This document shows, piece by piece, positions 11,101 to 22,880 of a DNA stretch of 64,000 bases (positions are counted from its first letter, which is position 1; each line of letters begins with the position of its first letter). The stretch lies in the NCBI GenBank assembly GCA_950097015.1, contig CATNEN010000024.1, forward strand, positions 5,704,001-5,768,000, written 5' to 3'. Both the position numbers and the translations under genes were made by a program. The notes beneath the pieces were generated by a model that saw only the letters and a program-made list of their open reading frames with translations, was not told where the DNA came from and searched no databases. Source of the stretch: Macrostomum hystrix. Its lineage: Eukaryota > Animalia > Platyhelminthes.

Positions 11101-13280
11101 TTTCGGCTCGGCGTGTCTCCGCGGAGAGCGGCCCGTTTGTCCTGATCGCAATGCTAAGTCTGCTTTAATCTGCCATATATATCCCCGCCGCCTTTCTGCC
11201 GCGCTGTGTCAGCCATTTTGCCGGGCGGAACAAAAAGTTTAGTCAGTAGGGATTTGACAGGGGCAGAGAGGGAGGGAGCCTCACACAGATGGGAGCCTGC
11301 GGCTGTTGAGGCAAAAGGATGTCTGTGGGAAAGATGCCAAGCGGCGATTGCACTGGCTCAGCGGGTCGTGGCTGGCGCCAAGCTGCGCCCTCCAGCTGGG
11401 TAGTTGGGAGTGTGTTCAGTGAACAATGAGACGCTTGTTTAGTTGGCTAGCTAGTTCATTGTGGGGGATTAGGCGGGTGGAGAGAGGCTGCATGTCAACT
11501 GTTGCACCGGAAATCCAATTCACTGCTTGTTATTCCCGCAATGGCTTTGAGATAAACGGCATTGTGTGGCGTTAAAGCTTTTGTTCTGCCATCAATTCAC
11601 TCAGAGAAGTGGTAAAAACATTGTAAGAGTTTTACCATGCAAAGTTGCATAAATAGTCACTAGGAAATTATTTCTAAGGCACTGTGACTAATAGGAAATT
11701 TGTGTCCGCTAGGGCTAGGGTAAGGGCTACAGTTAGGGTTAGGGTTAGGGTTAGGGTTAGGGATGTGTACGGATTCAAGCTTCATCGGTACGTATGCACT
11801 AGGTCACCTCGACAACCCTCCTCGCACCTCAGGGATCCACCTGTGCGACCTGTGGACCTGCCTGGATGTTCTCTGCTGCACAGCTTCAATTCTGCACCTG
11901 GTGGGCATTGCGGTGGATCGCTACTGGGCCGTCACCGACATCAACTACATCAGGGCACGCACCGGCCGTCGCATCGGCCTGATGATCGCCGCCGTCTGGA
12001 TCATCAGCGCTGCCATCAGCGCCCCGGCCAGATTCTGGACCAGATCCCAGACGGACCCGGACGATTGTCGCATCAACGAGTCTGCGGTGTACACCGTGTT
12101 CTCAACCGTAGGAGCCTTCTACCTGCCCATGCTGTTCATGATTGGCATCTACCTGAGAATTTATCACGCGGCCAGGAAACGAATTCGACGGAAGGCGTTC
12201 AAACCGACCGGCCAATCAGCGGCAGCTTCCAGTGCCGCGACAACTGCCACGGCTGCGCAGCAACTGCAGCAGCAGCTGAAGGCAACAAAGAAGTCGCCAT
12301 CGAATTCGGATCACTCAGCGGAGCCGTCATCGAGTGGCGCGGGCGGCGACGGCGGCGGAGCTTGTCAAACAACTTCGTTTGGTGCCACCGACGGAAAGCA
12401 AGACCGGAAGCAGCAGAAGCAGAAAAAGCAGCAGATTTCAAAGGTAAAGCAACTCCTGTCGGCTAAACCCATCTACTAAGTGACTCGCTCTTTGTCTAAT
12501 TTGGATTTCAACTTTGATTACCAGCATAAAATACGAGGCTGAAGATTATTGGTTAGAGCTTCGAATCCCAAGCTAGAAGATCTGGAGTTCGAATCTCAGT
12601 TGAGGGGGAAAAATTTTTGTACAATTATTTTCTCGATCCCTGAGATCGGGCACTCGATTCTGCGGCGAGGCCGCATTTATTTGTGGCGCAGCCGCGTAGA
12701 GAATGCTTGGGGCTTGTCGTGCAATTTACGCCCATGAGGGCCAACCTCCAAGAAAGTCAGGGCAGATGTACACACCCCACTGTGTAAGTGTGTGTGTCCG
12801 TACAGTATCTGTGTGCGTGTGTACTCAGGAGTCACCGAAATGGGCAGAATTGCCTCCTCGCTGGCTGCGAGTCTGTCAGCCATTGTGCCATTGCCACCAC
12901 CATTGTATTACCGCCACCAGCAGCAACAGCAGCAGCAGCAGAATGGTCGCGCGGAGGCCCAGGAGCGCCTGACCATCCAGTCAAAGGCGGCGATGCAGCG
13001 CGAGAGGCTGGAGCAGAAGCGGGAGCGCAAGGCGGCTCGCACCCTAGCAATCATCACCGGCTGCTTCCTGGTTTGCTGGATCCCATTCTTTGTCCGGGCC
13101 ATTGTCTGCCCGTTCTATCCGCCGCTGTGCACCGAGCTAATCTCTGAGATCGGGCACTCGCTAATCCAGTGGCTGGGTTACACTAACAGCCTGCTTAATC
13201 CGGTCATCTATACCATATTCTCGCCGGATTTCCGCAGCGCGTTTAGCAAGATCCTATTTGGCCGGTATCGGCGCAGGTGA
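5149..13280 (+). CDS. 5-HT1-like serotonin receptor (class A GPCR), 4 exons, about 448 aa
   Basis: Exons 5149-5415, 9900-10008, 11833-12443, 12921-13280 are all GT-AG with consistent phases (1347 nt). Motifs: GNVFVVAAIILERNLQ, NYLILSLAVADL, TM3 DVLCCTASILHL, DRY, RERKAARTLAIITG.F..CW.PFF, WLGYTNSLLNPVIY. Confidence 0.93.
5530..6330. repeat. Degenerate purine-rich repeat (GAATGAGGATA-type) in receptor intron 1
   Basis: Recurrent GAATGAGGATAGAAT motifs. Confidence 0.85.
7066..7096. repeat. (CTG)n microsatellite
   Basis: About 10 CTG units. Confidence 0.9.
7580..8340. repeat. 17-nt minisatellite (GGGTAGGAGGAGAGACA)n
   Basis: About 44 direct copies in receptor intron 1. Confidence 0.95.
9510..9890. 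repeat. 47-nt C-rich minisatellite running into the exon 2 polypyrimidine tract
   Basis: CCTCAACCAAG recurs at 9661 and 9708 (period 47); about 8 degenerate copies. Confidence 0.85.
10640..11480 (+). mobile_element. Decayed LINE reverse-transcriptase region in receptor intron 2
   Basis: Broken frames give FFSNIRRAKRQ..W, DGRMASADEEVA and HIYPRRLSAALCQPFCR (similar to NYRPISLTS.LCKLFER), in the expected order. Confidence 0.4.
11709..11762 (+). repeat. Interstitial telomeric repeat: (TTAGGG)5 plus degenerate units
   Basis: TTAGGG x5 at about 11733-11762, preceded by CTAGGG/TAAGGG variants. Confidence 0.9.
12548..12872 (+). mobile_element. Composite SINE: family-B tRNA head followed by family-A body, in receptor intron 3
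   Basis: 12548-12620 (TGGTTAGAGCT...GGAGTTCGAATCTC) resembles the head at 13536. 12637-12872 aligns by eye with the copy at 23340-23598. Confidence 0.75.
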
Positions 13281-13535
13281 CTTGGATTGATTTATTGATT
13301 TGTTCCGCATAGGCTAACATAGGGGCCAAGCATTGTACTCGACAGAAATTCTTATGAATTCATTTGTTCTCATTCAGTGTTTTATGTTGTGTGTGGTGTA
13401 TTTAATAGTAGCAGCTAACAGGCCTGCTATGAAACATCTGGCTATTCTCGTATATTGAACTGCAACATCGATACGTTCAGCGCTATGCAATTCGATTCGT
13501 TGTAGCACCGATTTCATCCAATGCTAGCTTCTAGC

Positions 13536-13700
13536 CCACTGGTTAGAGCTTCAGGATTTCTAACCGAGAGGTCGTGAGTTCGCATCTCGCAACAAGGGCA
13601 AAAAATTTAGTAAATGATCTTTCCAGTACCAGCATCAGTTGGGGTGCCTCCACAGTCCATGGACTGAATGGCAGTACACAGGCTGAACATCCGACCCGAA
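13536..13700 (+). mobile_element. tRNA-derived SINE family B (internally deleted copy)
   Basis: A-box/B-box-like head (TGGTTAGAGC, GAGTTCGCATCTC). Its GGGGTGCCTCCACAGTCCATGGACTGAA tail is shared with the copies at 26716 and 60637. Confidence 0.7.
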
Positions 13701-14822
13701 TAGGTTACGTATAATATCTTTATTCTATCGAATTTAGTTGTTTGTTATTTGTTTCCTTTGTTTTGTGTCTTTCTGCGACAAATTTCACATTCGCTAACCT
13801 GTTCTCAGCCGATTAAAGTCTGTCGAACAGTTTCTAAATGAGATGCAGCGTAGTTTCAGTTTAACTCAAGGGATAAGAACATTTTAGGCTGAAAAAATTG
13901 ATTTTAGATACGAAGGAACGAATAATAGGTTGTTCAAACAGGTGTTTCTTGTGCATGAAGCGACATGAAAAACATTGATACACAAGAAATTCCTTATTGC
14001 GTTTTTTTAATTAAGAGAGTTCTTCCTGTGGACACAATTGTTTCTTTAATATTACATTTGCTGAAGATACTTCGTATTTTGAGTCGATTTTCCCATCGAA
14101 TCATTCCACCGAACCGTATAGTATGCTGTTATAGGCATCTGGAAGTGACACATCTCAGTTTTTTCCCAAGTAAAGGATTTTTAAGTCTCAACAGTAAGTA
14201 GTATGTTCACCTGCAAGATACAAGCTAGAAATAGGTGGTTATATAACATCTGTCGGTTTGATTTTGGAGGAATTTCGTTAATTTCTACTCCCATTTTGAC
14301 CAGACACTGCTGACCTGGATAACGCTATATGAAATATACCCAATAGTCATAACTCAATCATATTTCAATAAGTCTCTATCGCAGTTGTTATCATTTTAAA
14401 CTTCAAATTCAAAACGTGATTTGATGTACTTTTTTCACCACGGAAATCTAGATTCATTCGACGCTCGTAATTATTCTTTTATTTGATTTTGTTGATAATT
14501 TAGCCTAGCTGCTGAATAGTCATATTTACAGCATCCCTGATTTAACCAACTAGTGATGCTATCTGCTGATGGGTCATTCATCAGCCATGAAGGTTCGCTT
14601 AAGCCTCTCAAGATCTGACTGAATCTAGAGAGAGGCTGACTGGAGAGCAGAAACAGCAAGAAGAATACAACAAAAATATAGGGTCCAGAAATGTTGCGAT
14701 CATAGTACGGGTTCCATAAAGCACATTCAGAGTTTGGTACAGATGTAACTTGGCGTTTTACAGGTGAATAATTATCTTGTACAGGTAAATCACGATCTTG
14801 CAGACACATATCAGCACTAAGT

Positions 14823-15305
14823 CCCGACCTGGTACAGCCAAATCAGTACTTAATCACGACCTGGTACAGCCAAATCAGTACTTAATCACGACCTGGTACA
14901 GCCAAATCAGTACTTAATCACGACCTGGTACAGCCAAATCAGTACTTAATCACGACCTGGTACAGCCAAATCAGTACTTAATCACGACCTGGTACAGCCA
15001 AATCAGTACTTAATCACGACCTGGTACAGCCAAATCAGTACTTAATCACGACCTGGTACAGCCAAATCAGTACTTAATCACGACCTGGTACAGCCAAATC
15101 AGTACTTAATCACGACCTGGTACAGCCAAATCAGTACTTAATCACGACCTGGTACAGCCAAATCAGTACTGAATCACGACCTGGTACAGCCAAATCAGTA
15201 CTGAATCACGACCTGGTACAGCCAAATCAGTACTGAATCACGACCTGGTACAGCCAAATCAGTACTGAATCACGACCTGGTACAGCCAAATCAGTACTTA
15301 ATCAG
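14823..15305. repeat. 32-nt minisatellite (CACGACCTGGTACAGCCAAATCAGTACTTAAT)n, about 15 copies
   Basis: Near-perfect direct copies. Confidence 0.96.
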
Positions 15306-15399
15306 TACTTATTAGGTGTATCAGTAATTGGGATCTGTCACTGTTTTTTGACACAATGACGCTCTCATTATCAATTTTTGAATAGTTAGTTTTCATCTC

Positions 15400-17060
15400 C
15401 GACACTCCCCAAGGCGAGACGACTGATAGAAGGGCCAGCATAATGTTCGGTATACTTCATAATTGAAAGCGGATGGTATTGCCCCAGCTTGGCACTGGGG
15501 ACACATCTGATCGCAAACATTGCGCAGAGGATGAGACAGAAATTGGGAGAGATGGGTGCCGTCCTGTCATCGACACGACAAAAGTTCAACTCCTGTACGT
15601 CCAGTGCCCCAGACCGCAGCGGACTGGGGCCAGAGTGAGAGTAATAGAGAGAGACGAAGATCGGTTCGAAATGCGATCTTCTCCTAGAAGAGGAGGTGCG
15701 GGAGGCAAGGCGGAAGGGAGCAATCCGAGTTTTCGAGTCGAGAAGGGAGCCCGAAGCTTCCCTTGAGCCAATTGAGAGCTAATTGATGCTTGGCCAGCCT
15801 GCGACCCCCTGCCCTGAGGCCGCACTTTGCATTGATTCTGATCCGGAGTCATAAAACTAGAGCATGAGAAAGCAGGCAAGACATGTTTTATGACAGAGCT
15901 CCAAGGAGGAAAACACGAGCAGCAAACAGCAGGACACGGAGAGGAGAAACTGAAGAGAACTGAGGATTTCTATCCCTCGATTTTTAATTGCTTTTTTTAT
16001 TTTTTGTTGACTTGATTTTCAGTCGACGTTGTCAGACCGGTTAGCAATCAAAGTCTGCTTCTCTGCCAGGCTTCTCATGCCTCCTTTCGATTTTATCCTT
16101 ATTTTAACGACCTAAGAGCTGAGATGGTGACGGCTGAGCTGCAGGAACTTTGCCCGCTCGCTTCATCGGAGCGCAAAAGCTGTAGTTCGTTAGTCAGTTC
16201 TTGGAGGCCACTTGTTGTCTGTTACCAGTTCCCCGGATCACGCGATTGTGTGTAAGATTCTACAGCTTCCTGCTCCGGTGATAAGACAAGAGTTTGGCCC
16301 GCTGCGGACGCCGGAGCGACGAACTCCGAGAAAGCACTATAACAGCCGGGCTTGCTCACTCAGCATTCTACGGGCCGGTTGGGATCAATGAACTGGGACG
16401 ACTTGCCAGCCAGGGATGGGGGATCCGAAAGCGGAGGCCGAGTTTTAATCACGCCAGACCTCGTGAGTGATTGATCCCGGCCCGCTACCCACTCTGCTTT
16501 AATTGCCCAACCTCATGGGTGCGGGGCGAGGAGGCGAGGCGGCCTGGCAACGGGAGGGGCGCCGCTCATCTCGGGGCGATCGCGGAAACTGTGAGCCGGC
16601 GTTCCTACACATACTGGCGCATATCTACGAGTAGAAGCCATTCCCCTTGCCCACTCCAAGAAAAAGGCCTTGCGAACTTCTATTTTTCTTCCATTCGCTC
16701 TCTCCATCCCCACCTATACTCCAGGGCAACAGCAGCTGGGCTTTCTCACTCTCTCAACCTCTATTCTTTTTTCTCATCTTTCTCGCGCGAGTCTACGAAT
16801 CCCCTTATTCCTGTCCTGCCAACTTTGCTCCTGCAGTTTTGTGTCAGGAATTGGAGAAAATGAAGAGGCCGCCGGCTCTCTGATCTGTCTTCCCCTTCGC
16901 CTCATTCGTATCTCTCTTTCTAAGATACGCAAAAACAGTACGCCAGCCCAGAGGGATGACGGAAGGGCTCAGACTGAGACGGAAAACAATTCTCAAGCGG
17001 CCCGGATGAGGGCAGGAGGGGAGTCCTGAGAACTCAAAGGCCAGACCAAGCTGTTTAGAT
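15400..17060 (-). mobile_element. Decayed LINE reverse transcriptase
   Basis: Minus frames read LRIVFRLSLSPSVIPLGWRTVFAYLRKRD (similar to L..IFN.SL..G..P..WK.A.V..I.KKGD), then IEVRKAF (similar to LDF.KAFD) downstream; many stops. Confidence 0.5.
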
Positions 17061-17217
17061 ACCAACAGTAAGCTTTGGCGTGTCGAAGAGTAGACCTGGC
17101 ATTCCAGGGCCTTTCATTTTCACGCTATAGAACAAATACTCGTAGATCTCCTATTGATCACTGCATCGGCATCAGGCATTTTAAGTAGTAAAACTCTTTG
17201 AAGCTTTATTGAAAAGG

Positions 17218-17720
17218 GGAGACTCAGTGAAACTCAGGGGAGACTCAGGGGAGACTCAGGGGAGACTCAGGGGAGACTCAGGGGAGACTCAGGGGAGACT
17301 CAGGGGAGACTTCTGAAAGTGGTTTTTCAGAAATCGGAGAAGCTTAGATATACCGCGGTCGCAACAACAGAAAGCATTGACGAAAAAGTGGAATATCAGA
17401 TAAATAATCTGAATTTGTCCGGATACAAGATCAGAATCTCAAGGGAGAAAGACTGGAATGTCAGGAATAGGAACTGGAATGTCAGGAATAGGAGCTCGAT
17501 TGTCAGGGATGGGAACTGGAATGTCAGGAATAGGAGCTCGATTGTCAGGGATGGGAACTGGAATGTCAGGGATGGGAACTGGAATGTCAGGAATACGAGC
17601 TCGATTGTCAGGGATGGGAACTGGAATGTCAGGAATAGGAACTGGAATGTTAGGGAAGGGAACTGGAATGTCAGGAATAGGAACTGGGATGTCAGGAATC
17701 GGAACTGGAATGTCAGAGGA
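17218..17720. repeat. Two short arrays: 11-nt (GGGGAGACTCA)n at about 17218-17310 and a GGAACTGGAATGTCAGG composite at about 17450-17720
   Basis: Units are directly visible. Confidence 0.9.
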
Positions 17721-18083
17721 GGATGTGAAATAAAAGAAGTACTTCTTAAAGATTTTTTTGCGTTTTAAAGCGCATAGCTGTGAATAGCTACTAATAAGTA
17801 AACAGTGCGCGTTTTTTTCTAATGTTTTAAATTCCTGTTTCGATTTGCTAAGTTGACAGCTGTCGCTGAGAATCTATGCTCATAGATAAGGCCGGTCGGG
17901 AATTAGGTGTATAGAAACAATATGACGAATTCTCAGGCTAATCAAAATTGACTGCGAAACAATGGCTGCAAAAGCAAGAAACAAGCAAGCTTCTGTGTCA
18001 AAAACTGTAACTCCAAGAGGACAAAAATTCCGAAACGATTTTCCTTATAAATTGACTTCGTTGCCAAGCATCTGCGATCAAAG

Positions 18084-21000
18084 ATGCTGCTGATTATCTG
18101 CCTCGCTGGCATTCTGATGATCGAGACGGCTGGTGGCATGGTGAGCTCAGGCTGCTCAAATTACGATTCGAACACGGGACCTCAAAAGATAGCAAATTAA
18201 CTGAACCATTCACAGCCGGCCAATCCGAGCGACCCAGCGGCGGCTGAGTACGGAGAGTACTTCCAAGGCGACATCATGGAGCCCCGAACCGGAGTGAGTG
18301 CATCCACAGCTACAGAATGTACTTTTGTCTACCTCGTGGAATTTTTCAATTAGAGCAATCTGGTTTTTGATGAAGAAGCTCTAATATATTTGAATTGAAA
18401 TCTTCAAATTTCATTGGCTGAGAATTGTCACGTGCTCGGGGTTGAACTCTAGGGGTTGCCCACGTGACTTTCTAAAAATAGCAACAAACTAGAGCCTGTC
18501 GAATTCCCGGCATTTTAAGAGCCAAAAGTTTTTGGAAGGTCGATTTTCAGTTAAGCTTAAGTGTCTTAATTCCATGACATAAAATGTAGTATTATTGTTT
18601 GATTGCACTTTTAAATTCATCAGCAGAGCACGCTGTGATTCTCTATTCTTAACTTTCTCATTTTTCAACACAATATCACATTCCGCTGTATTTCAGGCAT
18701 TCGCGGGACTCTTAAATCCCGAGAATCGGTGGCCCAACGGTTTGGTTGTGTACAGGTTCGATTCAGCACTGTGTAAGTTTTCAATTAGGAGCTGAGCATG
18801 TAGGCCTCACATCGCAACACTATATTTCGGTTTGCAATTCACTTCGCAGCAAACGGAGTCAGAGAAAAAGTGCGGCAGGCGATGTCGCGAATTTCCAGCG
18901 AGACTAACGGCTGCGTGAAGTTCAGAGAGTGGCGCGACACCGATGGCATGGAGTTTGTGCTCATTCGGAGCGGCAACGGGTGAGACTGCTGCTACTCATT
19001 ATACACCCAATGGAGCCCTGGAACTGCATGCGCTGCTCACTCTCCATGCTTCTTTCCGATTCTAATCTCCCTTCTCTCACCTTCCGACTCCACTATCTCA
19101 CCTCCCGTCTCCATTATCAAACCTAGGAGACATTATGTCTCCTTCCTCCTCAACAACCCCACTGCTACTCAAGACCAGAAGTCTCCCTCCACACCCCCAA
19201 CAGTTGCTCGGCCACTGTGGGCTACTGGTCCGGCAGGTCCACCAGCATGAATCTGGCTGAGCACTGCTCGATTGGAAATATTATGCACGAGCTGCAGCAC
19301 TCCCTGGGTGAGTTCAACCAATACTTGATCCTAAAAATTATTTAAACATACTGGTTTAACAAGCGTTCCATTTTGGAATCAGTTTCTTTGGGATAGACCT
19401 GATACTACTCAAACGAGTAGCTTCAGGCGCTTAAGTTCGTTATTAAAGATGTTATTAAGCAGTATAGCCTGCTTATGCCAATCGAGTCAAATCAACACAC
19501 CGCAGGCGTCGAGCATCAGCAGAGTCGCCCTGACAGAGACAAATACGTCAAGATTCAGTTCGAGAATATTACTCCAGGTAACCTGCTCACCTATAATATG
19601 GGAACCTAAAATCTCTGGGCACTAGGGAATAGATCCATAGACAGACCAGGGAATAGGTGGATAGACAGACTAGGGAATAGATGGACAGACAGACCAGGGA
19701 ATAGATGGATAGACAGACCAGGGAATAGATGGACAGACAGACCAGGGAATAGATGAATAGATAGACCAGGGAATAGATGGACAGACAGACTAGGGAATAG
19801 ATGGACAGACAGACCAGGGAATAGATGAATAGATAGACCAGGGAATAGATGGACAGACAGACCAGGGAATAGATGGACAGACAGACCAGGGAATAGATGG
19901 ACAGACAGACCAGGGAATAGATGGACAGACAGACCAGGGAATAGATGGACAGACAGACCAGGGAATAGATGGACAGACAGACCAGGGAATAGATGGACAG
20001 ACAGACCAGGGAATAGATGGACAGACAGACCAGGGAATAGATGGACAGACAGACCAGGGAATAGATGAATAGACATACCAGGGAATAGATGGACAGACAG
20101 ACCAGGGACTAGATGGACAGACAGACCAGGGAATAGATGGACAGACAGACCAGGGAATAGATGGACAGACAGACCAGGGAATAGATGGACAGACAGACCA
20201 GGGAATAGATAAATAGATAGACCAGGGAATAGATGGACAGACAGACTAGGGAATAGATGGACAGACAGACCAGGGAATAGATGGACAGACAGACTAGGGA
20301 ATAGATGGACAGACAGACCAGGGAATAGATGGACAGACAGACTAGGGAATCGATGGACAGACAGACCAGGGAATAGATGGACAGACAGACCAGGGAATAG
20401 ATGGACAGACAGACCAGGGAATAGATGGACAGACAGACCAGGGAATAGATGGACAGACAGACCAGGGAATAGATGGACAGACAGACCAGGGAATAGATGG
20501 ACAGACAGACCAGGGAATAGATGGACAGACAGACCAGGGAATAGATGGACAGACAGACCAGGGAATAGATGGACAGACAGACCAGGGAATAGATGGACAG
20601 ACAGACCAGGGAATAGATGGACAGACAGACCAGGGACTAGATGGACAGACAGACCAGGGAATAGATGGACAGACAGACCAGGGAATAGATGGACAGACAG
20701 ACCAGGGAATAGATGGACAGACAGACCAGGGAATAGATGGACAGACAGACCAGGGAATAGATGGACAGACAGACCAGGGAATAGATGGACAGACAGACCA
20801 GGGAATAGATGGACAGACAGACCAGGGAATAGATGAATAGATAGACCAGGGAATAGATGGACAGACAGACCAGGGAATAGATGGACAGACAGACCAGGGA
20901 ATAGATGGACAGACAGACCAGGGAATAGATGGACAGACAGACCAGGGAATAGATGGACAGACAGACCAGGGAATAGATGGACAGACAGACCAGGGAATAG

Positions 21001-22290
21001 ATGGACAGACAGACCAGGGAATAGATGGACAGACAGACCAGGGAATAGATGAATAGACATACCAGGGAATAGATGGACAGACAGACCAGGGACTAGATGG
21101 ACAGACAGACCAGGGAATAGATGGACAGACAGACCAGGGAATAGATGAATAGACAGACCAGGGAATAGATGGACAGACAGACCAGGGAATAGATGGACAG
21201 ACAGACCAGGGAATAGATGGACAGACAGACCAGGGAATAGATGGACAGACAGACCAGGGAATAGATGGACAGACAGACCAGGGAATAGATGGACAGACAG
21301 ACCAGGGAATAGATGAATAGACAGACCAGGGAATAGATGGACAGACAGACCAGGGAATAGATGGACAGACAGACCAGGGAATAGATCCATAGACAGACCA
21401 GGGAATAGATGAATAGACAGACCAGGGAATAGATGGACAGACAGACCAGGGAATAGATGGACAGACAGACCAGGGAATAGATGGACAGACAGACCAGGGA
21501 ATAGATGGACAGACAGACCAGGGAATAGATGGACAGACAGACCAGGGAATAGATGGACAGACAGACCAGGGAATAGATGGACAGACAGACCAGGGAATAG
21601 ATGGACAGACAGACCAGGGAATAGATGGACAGACAGACCAGGGAATAGATGGACAGACAGACCAGGGAATAGATGGACAGACAGACCAGGGAATAGATGG
21701 ACAGACAGACCAGGGAATAGATGGACAGACAGACCAGGGAATAGATGGATAGACAGACCAGGGAATAGATGGACAGACAGACCAGGGAATAGATGGACAG
21801 ACAGACCAGGGAATAGATGGATAGACAGACCAGGGAATAGATGGACAGACAGACCAGGGAATAGATGGACAGACAGACCAGGGAATAGATGGACAGACAG
21901 ACCAGGGAATAGATGGACAGACAGACCAGGGAATAGATGGACAGACAGACCAGGGAATAGATGGACAGACAGACCAAGTCGATCCATCCAATCTGACTTG
22001 TTCTAATCCGAACAAGTAAATGAGAAGGAAGTCAAACCGAACCAAAAACTGCAGGCCTGGAGCTGAACTTCATCAAGGAGAGCAGCCGGTACTACGATAG
22101 CTTCGGTCTGGAGTACGACTTCGGATCCCAGATGCACTATTCGTTGAATGCGTTCAGCCGTAACGGGCAAAACACAATCGACCCGCTGCCGGGTCGCCTG
22201 CCCGACGGTGTCCAGGTGGGACAACGCGAGCGAATGAGTCCGGGCGATGTGGCGCTGCTGTGGGCCATGTACAAGTGCTCAGCCGCCTGA
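18084..22290 (+). CDS. Secreted astacin-family (M12A) zinc metalloprotease, 7 exons, about 250 aa
   Basis: Exons 18084-18140, 18216-18293, 18697-18772, 18850-18979, 19204-19307, 19506-19577, 22055-22290 (753 nt, phases consistent). Signal peptide MLLIICLAGILMIETAGG, prodomain FQGDIM, NRWPNG, HELQHSLGVEHQQSRPDRD, Met-turn SQMHY, four Cys. Confidence 0.93.
19620..21977. repeat. 24-nt minisatellite (GACCAGGGAATAGATGGACAGACA)n, about 98 copies, filling astacin intron 6
   Basis: Direct copies; source of the PGLSVHLF / PWSVCPSI ORFs. Confidence 0.97.
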
Positions 22291-22880
22291 GCACCAGCTT
22301 GATGTGACTGGCAAGCTCTGCTTACTATATTAAATATACTGAGAAGATCCACCTTAAAGCACTGATTTACACAGGTAGAATAGTTGCTACAAGGCGGATC
22401 GAATTAGGTGGAAAAAATGGAGAAAACGACAGAATATTAAGCAATATGCTGTGAAGAAAACTCAAGAAAAATAAGCAAGCTTTGAAGTCACAGAACCACT
22501 TAATTAATTTATAGTTGCTAGGCTGACTAACACAAGGCGCGAGCAACTTGAAATGTATGTTGAGCATTGTAAAAGGTTAGAGAATTAATTAAGTAGAAAG
22601 GTAGTTTTCATGTCGATAAAAATATTGATTAGTAGGTAGATAATAGGCCCCTGTAGGTAGGTACTACAGAAAGTTCCTAAATATAATTGCACCTGTAGTC
22701 TATGGCCCAACCTGGCCACCATTATGAAATGCGAGGCTAAAAGAGATCAGCATTAAATAGGAATTAATTGCTCAAAATGCATTTGATTAACTTATGAAAA
22801 TACAATTACATTTGACAAATGCATCATATTGGGACTATAACTATGTTAAGTTTAAAAGAACAAATAGTTAATTACAATAA

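Noticed and set aside
11684-12466. 260-aa ORF overlapping receptor exon 3
   Set aside because: Alternative frame of a GC-rich exon that begins in the telomeric repeat.
19606-22045. 793-, 567- and 294-aa minus-strand ORFs
   Set aside because: Translations of the 24-nt array inside an astacin intron.
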